DNA from: Hydrolagus colliei
Lineage: Eukaryota
DNA length: 64,000 nucleotides
NCBI GenBank assembly: GCA_035084275.1
Contig: CM068756.1
Coordinates: 5,084,001-5,148,000, forward strand
Direction: 5' to 3'
In this document: in pieces, positions 27,311 through 40,100 of the stretch
How positions within the stretch are numbered: position 1 is the stretch's first letter
How the letters are laid out: every line of letters starts with the position of its first letter
Made by a program: the position numbers and the translations under genes
Notes under the pieces: generated by a model
What the model was told of the DNA's origin: nothing
Seen by the model: only the letters and a program-made list of their open reading frames with translations
Databases searched by the model: none

Positions 27311-30300
27311 GCAAGTATAAATTTACATGAGTTGGATATTGCAATACTTTGGGAATCATCACCAGACAGTGAGATGCCAGATGCAGAATAGGGTGAATAT
27401 TATTGTTCTCCTTTGTCTCCATGTAATGTTGGGACATCCTCTTGACATAAAAGACCCTATACAAGTGTAATTTTGTTGTTGTTGTTTACTCTTTGTGAAA
27501 CGGGATGTCAGGAGCTATTTCTGGGGATCTGCTCTGCCAGTGATTTCTGAGAGGTTTGCAGAAACGGGCTCAAATACTGCATCCTCCAATTTTTCCCTCC
27601 TTCTCTCGTTCCCTTCCTCCTTGTGGGGATAGTGAAAGGGGCAACAATGTAGGTCAACAACAAGATTAAGAATTTATCATTTAGACTCAGATTAGGAATT
27701 TATCGTTTAAAAAAAAAACAGGGGCATAAATCCACAGAGTACCCATTTTAACACTGTATTTTAGATGACCTTTCCATTGTTCTGTTGTTTCAGTTTCATC
27801 ACAAACTTCCTTTGACAGAATGCTATTTTGGGAGTGGGAGAGATTTTAGGATTACTGTCAGATGATGGACAAAATGGCCCACCTGTTTGCTGCAACCAAA
27901 CAGGATTGGTCAAATCCTCTGGGAACCCTCCTGAGTGAATGGTGGGAAAGCAACAAGAAGTAGAAAGCTGAAGCACAAAACTAGCAAAGCCCTCTTTCCC
28001 CAGGTTTATGAGTCATACGAGTTAAAAGAGCATTGAAGATCAACAGCCAGCAGCGTGAGCTATTGGAATGTGACCTTACAGACATGTGTACCAAATGGCA
28101 AAATAGGCACAAATTGATCGCTCCCCATCTAAAATTAAGACGGCAACGGCTATTTCTCTCTTTGCCAGTCAGTGGAACTCACTGTCTCTGGGTTGGTTTA
28201 GTTATCATCGAATCTGGAGTTCAGTCACTTTGGGAGGAGGGGTAAGGGATCACTGAGCTGACAAAATGTAATGTATCATCCAGAAGTTTTTCTGTTGCCA
28301 GACATTCTTGGGGCAGCTGTGGATAAAGTCAGCAGTGTGGATTGTCCTGTCCTTGTGGATGTAGGATACATGAAGGCAAATGACATTTGTATACTGGGGT
28401 CAGGGGGAAATAATCGATCAACATTTTGCACACACATGATTCTGTAGTAAACGTCACATCACTAAGATTGGAAAGGGAGGAATATTCAAGAAGCAGGGCA
28501 TTTTCGATAGATGGAGTGAGTAACTGAGAGATTAATATGAGAAAAAAAGACAAAGAATTGAGGTAACTTAGAGGCATTTCTTTAAAATTAAATCAGAAAG
28601 AATATAATTTATAAGTCAACATTCCCTTTTTGAAGCATAAAATCTTCACACATTACCAGAGAGTAAACGTCTGCTTACATGCAAAAAAGTTTTTATGTTG
28701 AAAAAACTGACAGATTCATACCATTTAACTGTACTTCATAAGTCACAAAAGGCAACAATTTGTCTATCATGATAGGCATTTTTGTGCTGTCTGAGGCAAA
28801 GTGTATATTTCAACAAAGTTTTAGTTTGCATGTTATCAACTGCAGGTAACTCTGTGTCATGCAGTGTTCAGCAGAGTTTTAAACAAACAGAAGCTGTACA
28901 TTGGACTGAATGTTGGTGAGTCTTCTCCAGCTGGCTATTGTACACAAACAGAATTGTGTATCTGAGGTCCATCCACTTAGCTTCAATGTGCTGATTTCAC
29001 ACTGCAGTATCCCATCTCCAACATGTACATTTCACATCAACTTCAAACAACCAAAATACCAACCAGAGAAGTCACGCGGAATGATCCAGGATTCATCTGT
29101 AAAAGAATTACTGCAGTACAATTCAAATGTTGTAAAATAAATCAATTAGGGTGAAAACATGCACATTATTGACCATATATTTAAATGGGTAGATTTAAGG
29201 GCTCAGAAATCGGAACATTTGTCATATGTAACATAACTTTGTTGATGCATAACTCTTAAAACCTTGCACCAATTTACACAGCTTTTGAATTTGAATAAAT
29301 TTCAATTTTTAAGCCAATTTAATTTCCCCTTCCAAAAGGTTAGAAGATTAGTAAAACATCACTGGTAGGGTTGTTTTCATAATCAATTAGTCCAATAAGG
29401 TTTGTCTACTGTTTAATGATGCAGTACAGTTTTTCAGTTAAATTCTAAGCGATTCTGATGAGTGATACCTTCTCTTAAGATGATATGTACAACAATGTTA
29501 TAATGGCCTTGCAAGCTGTAAGGCAAGCTTGAAAGGTCATCCACTACCTTTACTGCCATTAGATGGATTATAGACCACATAGCTCATCTCAACACACAGT
29601 ATGACTAAGTAGTTTAAAGGTAGTTTCTGCAATTTCAATTTCTGATTTTTCTCTAATAAGAAAGTGAACTATTATGATTGTTAGACGTACAGTTACATCA
29701 ATATGTGTGCACAAGATTCTGACCATCCTAGAGAAATCAATCCGTGTGTATTTTTTCTCAGTTCTTATTTCCTCATTGCAAGGAATGACTTTTAACAGTT
29801 ACTATTACACCTGCCCATTGATACTCTCTGAGTTATCATTTGTAAAGTTGGCTGCTACAGTATATCTGGTGTTACTTATATTATGAGACTGCAGTATGTG
29901 ATTATCTGCAATTCATGGAAGGATATAGGAGACAAAATTAAAATGAGCAGAGGTCCAGGTGGAGAATATACACCAGTGTCCCATATCCATGTTGTGTCAT
30001 TCTATGTCATTCTGTGTAAGGTCTTCTATCAATTACAAAAGTGTTCAAATATATAATTCTCTGCTTTTATCCTCGGGCACCTTGGGACATCCTCCAAACA
30101 TGGGCATATCATTCAGGAATTATTCTATTCCAGTGAAGTAATGTATTAAAAAAAATGAATGCCAGTGTGGTACAATTCCAAAAAAAACCTAAGAATTAGG
30201 AGTAAATAAGCACGAATAGATGGAACTATTTTATGCAAAACATTGAATAAATAATTAACATTATTAGGTTCAAGAAACAATCAGACATGTTTCTGGGGAA

Positions 30301-33300
30301 GGGAATTGAGGAATGGTCTGAGAAGGCAATGGGTGATCCGTGGCTGAGCTAAAGGGAAAGTTTGTTTGGTCAATCGGGTTGTTTGCATTCAAAATACAGT
30401 CATTACAATTTACAGCAAATCTTCTGAAGAGCTTTGAGATCTCCTGACGTGAAAGGCGCTATATCAAATGCAAGGATTATTAAAATGTATTTTTGCATTC
30501 CTAAACTACAGAAGCTTGAGTTTATAAAAGGTATGTTTTCTGTTCATTGATTCAATTCTGACTCCAGTATAAATGGTTGATGTACGTGAAAACATTACGT
30601 GAACATCAGTGAAACAGGATACTTTTGATACAAAGAGAATTTTTTTTTAAAAAAGGACAGACTGTGAGTAGTTTTGTGATGCACACATCTCCTGAATAAA
30701 AGGTATCACTCTTCTCCAATATAGAGCTTAATGATCATCACGTGATCGCCTTAATATTCTGATGAATTAAAAATATTTATCAAAATGTAAGGATCCTGCT
30801 GAGGTCAATATCTAAATTCAGTCATGAAGAAAGACATGATTGAAATGTTGCAATCTGAGTGCAAAAAAGCCGCCCAGATAAACACTTTCCAAATGGTTGA
30901 AATAAGATATTATTCACACCATTGTTCTAATTGTTTCTGATGATTCTAGAATAAATGTCTTAATTTGGGCAACGCTGTAATTTGTATATTTAACCTCAAA
31001 TCACAATGAACACTGTAAAATAAACACTTAAAAGACTAAATGAACTGTTGCTGTATTCACAATCGATAGTGGAAAATCTAGCCCTCAGTTTTTGGGAACA
31101 TCTACTCCCAACATAGGTAAATAGCAATTCTCATACAAGTGTAGCTTCAGAATACAATACGGCTGAATAGGATACTCTACCCAAAGGGTTATCAGCGGAA
31201 GTGGAAGAACGTCATGCACTCATTGAGATCAAGTAGGTTAAATCGAAAAAGCTTCACTGCTAGGATGATCCAAATAATTCACAGCACTTCAAATTTGATG
31301 AGTTAATTGCACGGCTCCAGCAGTTTTGTTAACTTGGTGATTTTTTTTTGTTGTTTTCCTTCGTTCGTACATAAGTTTAAAAATTGCATTCAAAATGTTA
31401 ATTTAGATGAAACACACACAAAATAAATATTTCATCCAGTACAGTGAGAAGCAGAAATCTTTATACTGTACTTCTGTATTAAATTATACTTGCAGTACTG
31501 GACCTCACTGAAATAAAGCTGAGTTTAAGAAGGATGGTTTTCCAGTTTAAAAATCTATAACATGCATAAATGTAATTTATGCCAAGCACCTGTAGCATAC
31601 AGGCTATCTTACGAACAAGTGTCATAACTGCTTATGAGAGCAATTTCTGTGTTTTTGCTTTCTTATATCAGTTCATCTCTCATCAATGCTTTTAATTTAC
31701 TTTTAGATCCATGTAACTATTTAAAACTAAAAATATGTACACAGAATAAACAAACTATATCATCCGAGGATTGAGTAACACAACAGACACCTAAGTCCTG
31801 TGAATGATCGTCACTTATGCACTAATCCTTGTTTTACACTTGTTTGTAACACTGGGTAAATACCCATACAAGTCCAATTCAGACAAGGCGAGTCTTTACC
31901 AAGCCTGAATTTTGCTACATTAGTTTTGACTAGAAACATGATGGCATCATCATAAGTGATGTCCACCCACTTTCGTACATACCTCCTCATGTAAAAAACA
32001 ACCCCCCACCCCTATTAAGGTTTCAAAGCGACCTTGCTTTAAGTTTCTGTTCAGAAATAATAATTTTCCAATTAACATTATCAGTGAATTCAAAATATTG
32101 ATGCTGGGCAGTCAGATACCAAGGAGAACAGCCTGAAGTTGCCCAGAATTTTAGAATTGTCCTCCGCTGAATCAACTATTTTTTGGAGATGGGGGTGTGT
32201 GGGTGGGGGTGGGGGGGGAGGGGGGAGAATTTTAAAAAGGGACTAGATGTAAAACAAGTGAGATTCAAGAATTAAGTGACCAAACTGCATGAAAATAAAT
32301 ATCTATCAGTTTTGGACGGCAAACACATCAGGGAAACCAATTACTCCTTTTGAAAATGAGTTTCTCCTAATTTTGTGGATTGTGGCGAATGCTAATTTGG
32401 AGTTTTCTTTTTTTAACAGCCTAGAGCTGGAAATACAAAACCAAAAGATCAAATTGAAATGCGATCTAAAATATCAGGCGAGTATGCAAACCAATATTCT
32501 TCCCCATGAACAGAGCTGCTTTGCTGACGAGTTTCTGTGTTGAATGAAGAATGCACGAATCAATTGTGGATGGTGTTGGTTCACTCCTGGGTTTCCTGTG
32601 AGGGAATTGATGTCAAAAATGCTGGAGCAGTAACACTCAAACGGAAGTATGAGAGTTGAACTCCTATCATCTCTCTGCAAAGGATATTACAACCTCATCA
32701 TTCCTGAAGCCTTAAATACCCGATGGCTGCATGACAATACAGCAATAATCAGTTACATTCTTGAGTGTAATAAATAATTACTACAGCTGGAAAATAAGCT
32801 GCCTTGGGACATCCTCCAAACATGAAAGGCGCTATATAAATGTAAGTTTGTATTATATATGGCTTCAGAAATGCCGCTAATTCATTGATCATTTTGTTCA
32901 AATGTTTGCACCTAAATGGCTGTAAAAAAAAATTCCTTCAAATTAGGGAAAGCTCATTTTCAACAAGATTAATACCTGATCAAAGAAACATTTTTTTCCC
33001 CTGACAGTCTCTTTTTGTTGGACTACTAAGGCAGAAGTTACAAACTCTCCGGATTTCTCTCTCCTTTCCCCCTACGTCAGATCTCAAAATGTGTCCACCC
33101 TATTTCTATTTGCAAGATTTAAAATCCCAAATAATAATTTCTCAACCATTTCAAAACGTGTTAGACTGGAGCTGAATTGAATAGTATGCGTTGAACTACA
33201 AAATGTAACCTGCCTTGAAGAAACAATCGAATGCAAATCTTCGGATTTAATTGAATAAAATAATCCCGTTTTTGGAAGACCCGTTAATTTCCTTTATTTC

Positions 33301-33396
33301 TAACTGATTGAATTTGTATATTGTTTTAACCGCTGTAATTGTTTTTGCAATACTGAGATAAATGAGGAATTATTATTATAGTTTTGAAGGGTTATA

Positions 33397-33650
33397 CGAT
33401 CATAGGATTACAGCACATATAAATGCCGTTCAATCCTTTTTGTTCCCCACTCATCCACTGGAGCTAACTTCTGTATTCCAATGTAGTTCCCTGCTCTTTC
33501 CCTGTACACTGTATAAGAGCTTCCTCTTCAAATGCTTACCCAATTTCATTTTAAATGTAATTCGGTCTAAGCCTCTGTTGTCACTTATGGCAAAGAATTC
33601 CATATTCTAATAACCCTCTGCATGTAAACTTGATTTCTAACTTCTCCCTT
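33397..33650 (-). mobile_element. Diverged CR1 3' fragment
   Basis: ATCATAGGATTACAGCAC start; loosely colinear with 35040-35300. Confidence 0.55.
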
Positions 33651-34049
33651 GAGTAGGCCAACAAAAGTGATACTATAAGATACAGTATCTGTAAGTACAT
33701 TCAGAGTAATTTCTCATTGATAAGAAAATGGTCTTTTAGTCATCTTGAATTTCTTGGAAGTAATAACTAAGGTAATGTTCCCTTCCTCCTCTCATATCTA
33801 CAGTTCTCTTCAAACAAGGCTTGTTAAACTTTGAAGTAATGGGAAGCACATTTCACCATTCTGTCATGCCATAGAGCGATCTATTTTATTTATTTACCAT
33901 TAAATATGACTAAAATCCAGTACTGTTATCTAGGAAAGGCAAAATGTGAAGAATTTGACCATGTTCTCAGTAAAAGCTGACTTCCGATTGAAATGCATCC
34001 ATTCTCTCTAACAGTTTTGTGTTTCCCTTGTTAAGTTGACAATAGGCAT

Positions 34050-34130
34050 TCAAATAAAAAAGTGAATAAACAAAATGGCGACACCGATGTTTAGCAAAAT
34101 CACCATAGCAACCAGGATAGGATTGGAGCC
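34050..34130 (-). CDS. JPH3: JPH3 terminal coding exon 5 (tail-anchor TM segment)
   Basis: Pyrimidine tract then ctccag|GGC; [26 protein letters not shown]; 81 nt. Confidence 0.95.
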   Translation of the reverse strand, partial: GSNPILVAMVILLNIGVAILFIHFFI

Positions 34131-37100
34131 CTGGAGGAGAAAAGAAAAAGAACATTATGAGACGTGTAAATCAGGTCATTTTTAACTACAGTACAGACAA
34201 GATTCCAAATAAATATGTCTATCTGTCACTCCCGATTTGTTTATCAGTTTTTAAGAAGAAAATTCACCCAACCTAAACTGCATCGTGGTACGAATGATGC
34301 ACCTTGGATAGGGAGTTTCCATTAAATTAGTCGTGCCCTCCCTTCATGCATAATGGCAAGACAATTATTCTCTCCTGCGATTTCCCAACATAGTGTCAGG
34401 ATGTCTGGGGATGCGCAGAACCGAAGCCAAACCTCTCCGGAGGGAAAGAAATCAGGGCAGAGTCAATCTACACCACTTGTATACACCTTTCAGTGCCCTG
34501 TTCAACAGCTGCATATGTGGAGGCCTAGATTCCTGTAGGAATTTAGATTAAGCTGCTAATGCAACAAATTGAACCTGAGCCGAGATTAACCAGCCCACTT
34601 TAGTCAGCCTTTGACTCTACAATGAAAAGGATTCTGTCTACCTTTGTTTGGGAAGAATTATGTCCGGCTTTGAGGAATACATGCTCTTGAAAAACAAATC
34701 CTCTAGTTTTGTTTTAGCTGTTTCCACAAAATTAGGTTACCGTTTGAGCTATTTTTCATTTGAAGTAATTTTATCCAGATGCAAGCAATTCCATTCACTT
34801 CAGATTCCTCCACTTAATACAGAGGATGTCATGAAGGTATAAATTGTTGCTAGGTAACTAACTGACAAAGAACAATGGCGGTTATTGTAATGGATCAGCA
34901 GATCCCAAGCGTTTGTTCCGAGGCACGGGAGCAAGTCATGGTTCTGCTTTTGATAACAAGCGAATGCCAGGTCCCTGAAACAGACTCTGTAGCACTGCGA
35001 GGATTGGCTCAGTGTGGATATATAAATTGCCCATTGGAGATCATAGAATCATACAATCAAAGAATTTTACGGCACAAAAGGAGGCTATTCGGCCCATCTA
35101 ATCTGTGCCGGCTCTTTGAAAAGAGCAATTCAATCCCACTGCCTCGTGCTCTCCCCATAACTTAACAGACCTGTTCTCCCTAAATAAACATCTAATTCTC
35201 TTTTAAAAGCTGTTATCGAATCGGCCTCCACCACCTTTTCAGGCAATGTATTCCAGATTCGAACAACCCGCTGAGTGAAAACATTTCTCCTCAGCTCCCC
35301 TCTGCTTCATTTTGAAACTATTTTAAATCTGTGACCACGAGTCACAGATTCGCCCACCAGTGGAAACAGTTTTTCCTCATTCATTCTGTCCAATCCCCTC
35401 ATGATTTTATAAACCGCTATTAGGTCTCCTCTCAACCTTCTCTGTTCCAAAGAGAATAAACCTAGCCTATCTAGCCTTTCCCCATAACTGAAGTCCCTCA
35501 ATCCTGGTGCCATTCTAGTAAACCTTCTTTGCACCCTTTCCAATGCCTTAACATCCTTTCTACAGTGTGGTGACCAGAATTGGACACAGTACTCCAGCTG
35601 AGGCCTAACCAAAGTTTCATAGAGGTTAATCAGCACTTCCTGACATTTGTACTCTATACTCCTATTTATAAAGCCTAGTATCCCATATGCCTTCTTAACG
35701 GCTTTGTCTACCTGTCCTGCCATCTTCAAAGAGTCACTAACACAAATCCCCAGGTCTCATGAGATGGGAATTAAAAGAGTGCAAAATGTAATTTGTGATC
35801 AATGCCTCAGAGTTGGTTTTCAATTTATCGTGGATGTTCAAAAAGTAACCACAAAAATCCCTCAAATTCAATCTAAGGCTTGAATTAAAGAACAGTCAGC
35901 TTTTACACATTGGTCAATCTATCAAACCAGCACACCCTGCAAAAGTCATAGCATGGTTTAAACCTGCCGCATTGGGTTTGATGATATCGGTGCTAAAACT
36001 TATTTTGGTGGGGGGCACATCAGGACTCTTTTATATCATTGCCTCCCTATTGCACTTCTGCCTTCACCATTGTTTGTGATTCTGACTCCCATGACACACC
36101 TACACCAAGACCAATGACTCATCACTTGAATGTGAGCTGGGATACTCAATTACCCTGGGAAACCTTTTTATCACATGGGTGGTGAACACTCTACAGACCC
36201 CACAAATGTTGGTGAAAAGTCGTTTGCAGGAATAACTTGTCAACAAATTTCATTTCTTTCATTCCGAGCTTTTCGTGTTACTTTTAAATCCGGCACTGCA
36301 CCCCCTTTGCCCTCTCCTCCCCATCACACTGACTCAGCGTGTTGGGACGTCCTCCTGACGTGAAAGGCGTTCTACAAATGTAATGTTGTTGTTGGTTGTT
36401 GATAATACTCACAAACTTCAAACCAAACCCTGAATACCAAACCTCCACAATCTAGAACCCCACCACAAACCCATGTCAATTCCTAGTTACTGGTCAGCTG
36501 TGTGTCAGTCGGCAGGACAGAGGAATGGGTTCTAGTTACAAGACAATGGAAGGGGTGGGGTGGGGGGAATATGTATGGAAACAGTTCCTCATAACCTTCC
36601 CAACTCAGTGTAACATTAAAGGAGACCATCTCCAATTCATATGACTACAAATACTTTAAGATTATTCCGTCTTTGTTAAAGGGTGTTGGAAGCACTGCAG
36701 GCTGTCAAGTAGATATTTTGTTTGTTCCAACCCCCCCACCCCCACTCCACCCAAGCCCAACTCCTCTGGGCAGCAATTTATTTCATGCAATTTTATCTGA
36801 TTTTTTTTTCTCTCTTTCTACCAGCAAAATTGAGTTGACCTTATCAAAGTCTGAAAATGTAGTTTATCTACAGTGTAGACCTTTATAGGCGACTTACTGA
36901 ATTAGATTTATACGAAATCATAACTTCCTCTTCAGACTGTAGAGCAGTTACTGACTTTGATGATGCACTATTGTCATGCCTTGGCGGTTGAGGCTCCAAC
37001 TTTACATTCACTCTGAGGTTCTCCAGCCTCTGGACATTGGTCTCAGAGGGGGATGTGGATTTGAAGTTCTCTTTATTTTGTGATGCAGCCCTTAGCCTCT

Positions 37101-40100
37101 GAACTCCGTAGCTAAGAAAGTCTGGGTGGTAATCTTCCATTAGGTTCTTGGGACTGAGGTTACTGCAGTGCTTTTCCGAAAACGTGTCTTGCACGTATGA
37201 ATCCATGCGTCTAAGGGGTTTCATCTCCATTTCATAGTTGCTAAACTTTTCTTCGTCCTGCTCATGCAGCCTGTTCCCTGAATGATTATGTGAACGGTAT
37301 GATGTCCATGAAATAGTTGGCGAATCCGTCTCTCTCTCCGTGGGCCTGTGGTTCGAGGAGTATTTGCAGCCACTGCCTCTTCCCCTGATCTCCTCAGACA
37401 AGGAAGGTGTATTTGAGAGGCTGCTTCCTCTGCTGCCTCCCTTACTGCTGCCGCCCGACTGCTTCTCGTTCCAGTTAGTTGACCTTAGGTACTCGCCCCT
37501 CCCTCCTTCGAGTAAGACTTGAATGTCTTGACCCTGATCGTTTTCGGAATCCAAGTGTCTCACCAACCTCGAACTTTTATTTCTGTACTTTGGTGGGGTG
37601 GCGGCTGGTGGAGTCAATGTCCGGCCTGGCACAGGGCTGTTCTCTGGAGTAAAATCCGGAGGTGTTGTTCGCTTCCTGTACAATTCTGGACTCTCTTGCT
37701 GGGCTAGACTTTCCGACGAGATCCTGTCTATTTCATTGTCAGTTGAGTTCTGGTGTTTTGGCCTCTGATACTCAATACCTGACGGGGTTAAAAGAAGTCA
37801 GTTAGGGCAATTCGTAAATCCTCGTAAATATTTGCACTCCTGTAAACACATCATGTCTGATTTTGAAAGAAACTCAAGCAGGAAATGGTTTAATTATTGA
37901 GCAAGACAATCATGCATATTTTCTGCCCTGTAACAAGACTGCTGGTGCCCATTAATTTTTTTATTGTTTAATAAATGGAGGTACAGGTAATAGTTTTGAA
38001 ATCCATAGATATTAGTCTTGGTTAAAAACAGTTACTCCCAATCTGAGAGTCTGATGTTTGTGTCTTGAAAAATGCCGTAGATATTCACGACAGCACAATC
38101 CCGCTGATTTATCACCCATTGTGTAAAGTTCCAGTCTAAGTGAACCCATATTGAGTAGTTCATCTATAACCTTCCTTTCTGTAACACACTTTGTTTCCAA
38201 GCATACTATAAGCGAGAGATTCCAAGCATACATTGCCCATTACTTTGCTGAAAACAATGCACTTCAGGCATTCAAAATAATTCATTCAAAATAAATAAAA
38301 ATTATTTGGTCACTTAATCCATGACTGTTTGTGGGACAACTCTGTGTACCATTGGCTGCCGCGTTTCACCCACAAAGTATACAGTCAAATCATCTTACAG
38401 TACATTCTGTGAAACACTTTGAGACTCACGAAGACATGACAGGCGCTTTATCAAATACAAGGATTATTATTCATTAGGCCAATGCTGAACTGTAATTCCT
38501 CTGCAGACACTGCAGGAAGGAAGAGCACTACTCTCTTGTGATAAAACAACTGCAGGCTAATAGCTATCGGGTAAGTCAGACTATCTACACAGGAAGAGTG
38601 CTGACATCCCAAGTAATCAATTACAATGTGCCATTTTGTTGGGAAGGGATTCACGTGATGATTTTCCAAGTACTGTAATTGAAAATGTATGATGTCGAGG
38701 AAGAAATGAAGGTATGCAGTAATCTGTTCAGTATGATTAATAACACGTGTAGTGTAGTGGATGCTTGTAGTCTTAAGAAAATTAATTCTTAGGCTACAAG
38801 CAGCTACAATGTCGATTTTGGATACATGTAAAGGAATGGCTATTCAGCAGGAACATAAACTGACTTTAAATATAGAGCATGAACCTTTTTATACCTGCAG
38901 AGTGTTACTAATTTGTGGTTGAATGTTGTCCAGGTATGTCTTGCAGCATGATATTAACATAATGCCAATATTTTGAGTATCGTTCAAATTGTAATATTGG
39001 CAATAAAGTATAAAGAATTTGAAATGGTTTACACTGATACACACAGTTGCAGAATGTGAATTTAAAATTATTTTCACAGGACCTTGCTGGAGTAAATTAG
39101 CTGCCACATTTGCTTCCATAACAACATTCAGTTCACTGCTAATTAATCTCAATCAGTAACGTTCTTCAAGAAGTTCTCTTTAACTGAAAAGCATTATGTG
39201 AATTGTTGTTGACAACAAATGCGGTGAAATTTGCTGTAAAATATATCAAGAATCTTTCTTTCTAATTCATTTAAGGTCAGTGTGATTTGTTTTAGAATTA
39301 TTGTCTTTCAACTGTAATTAGAATTATATTCTATTTTATCACTTTGATATATTTTCCAATTTTTCCCTTTCGTCCATATCCTTAAATAAAATGTCACGCA
39401 GGATAGTAGTTCAGTTGATGTAGGGCTGGATGTGAGAGTAGAAGATTTGTCTTGAATTAGGTAAGCCAAGCAGTTCTACAGTAATCGAAAACATTTTTGA
39501 TTATTGATCAACTCAGCAGTGCGATGTGGAGGACTGGACCTCTTCTGGAAACCCTACAAAGTTAAAGGCATATGGGTAGGACAGGGCAAGCTGGAGAAAT
39601 ACTGTACAATGTGCAACCAGCACTATGAGGTTACCTTTAGCACTGTGATTTCGTTAGAACGTAAATGTATATGGTTTTTCATATAGATTCTGAAGCTAGC
39701 ATCAATAATTGTTTGAAGCAAAGTGTTTATTGCATCAAAATTAAATTTCAAACTTGTGTTATTAATAAATTGCGGATGCATATGTGTCAGAGAAGGATCA
39801 TGTGAAGGCTGGGGAAATGATATTGCTTTGCATTGAGTTCATTGCTCAGCATTGGTTAGATGGGTTTGTTATTATATCAGGCTATTTCCAGACTGTGATA
39901 CTTGTTGAGAAAATTCCCAAAACACAGCACATACTGAATGGAGAAGACACCGTTATGAAGCCAATGCGAATTCCGTAGCCTTTGTCAATCCAAGCCACAT
40001 CTCCCTTTTAATAATAGTGTTGGACCAAGAATGGTAGGTGAATAAATATCATTACACAAAATTAATGTGGAGGAAAATGGGAGATTTTGTATTTGCTTCT

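Noticed and set aside
27663-27709. Short two-copy tandem duplications (also about 6180-6205 and 9121-9155)
   Set aside because: Ordinary slippage duplications with no further structure
24900-28600. Several 60-100 aa minus-strand ORFs suggesting a hidden gene or pseudogene between KLHDC4 and JPH3
   Set aside because: No recognisable domain, frequent stops, and no consistent spliced frame could be built; BLASTX would settle it
35307-35729. 140-aa ORF as a host gene
   Set aside because: It is a 5'-truncated CR1 ORF2 C-terminus
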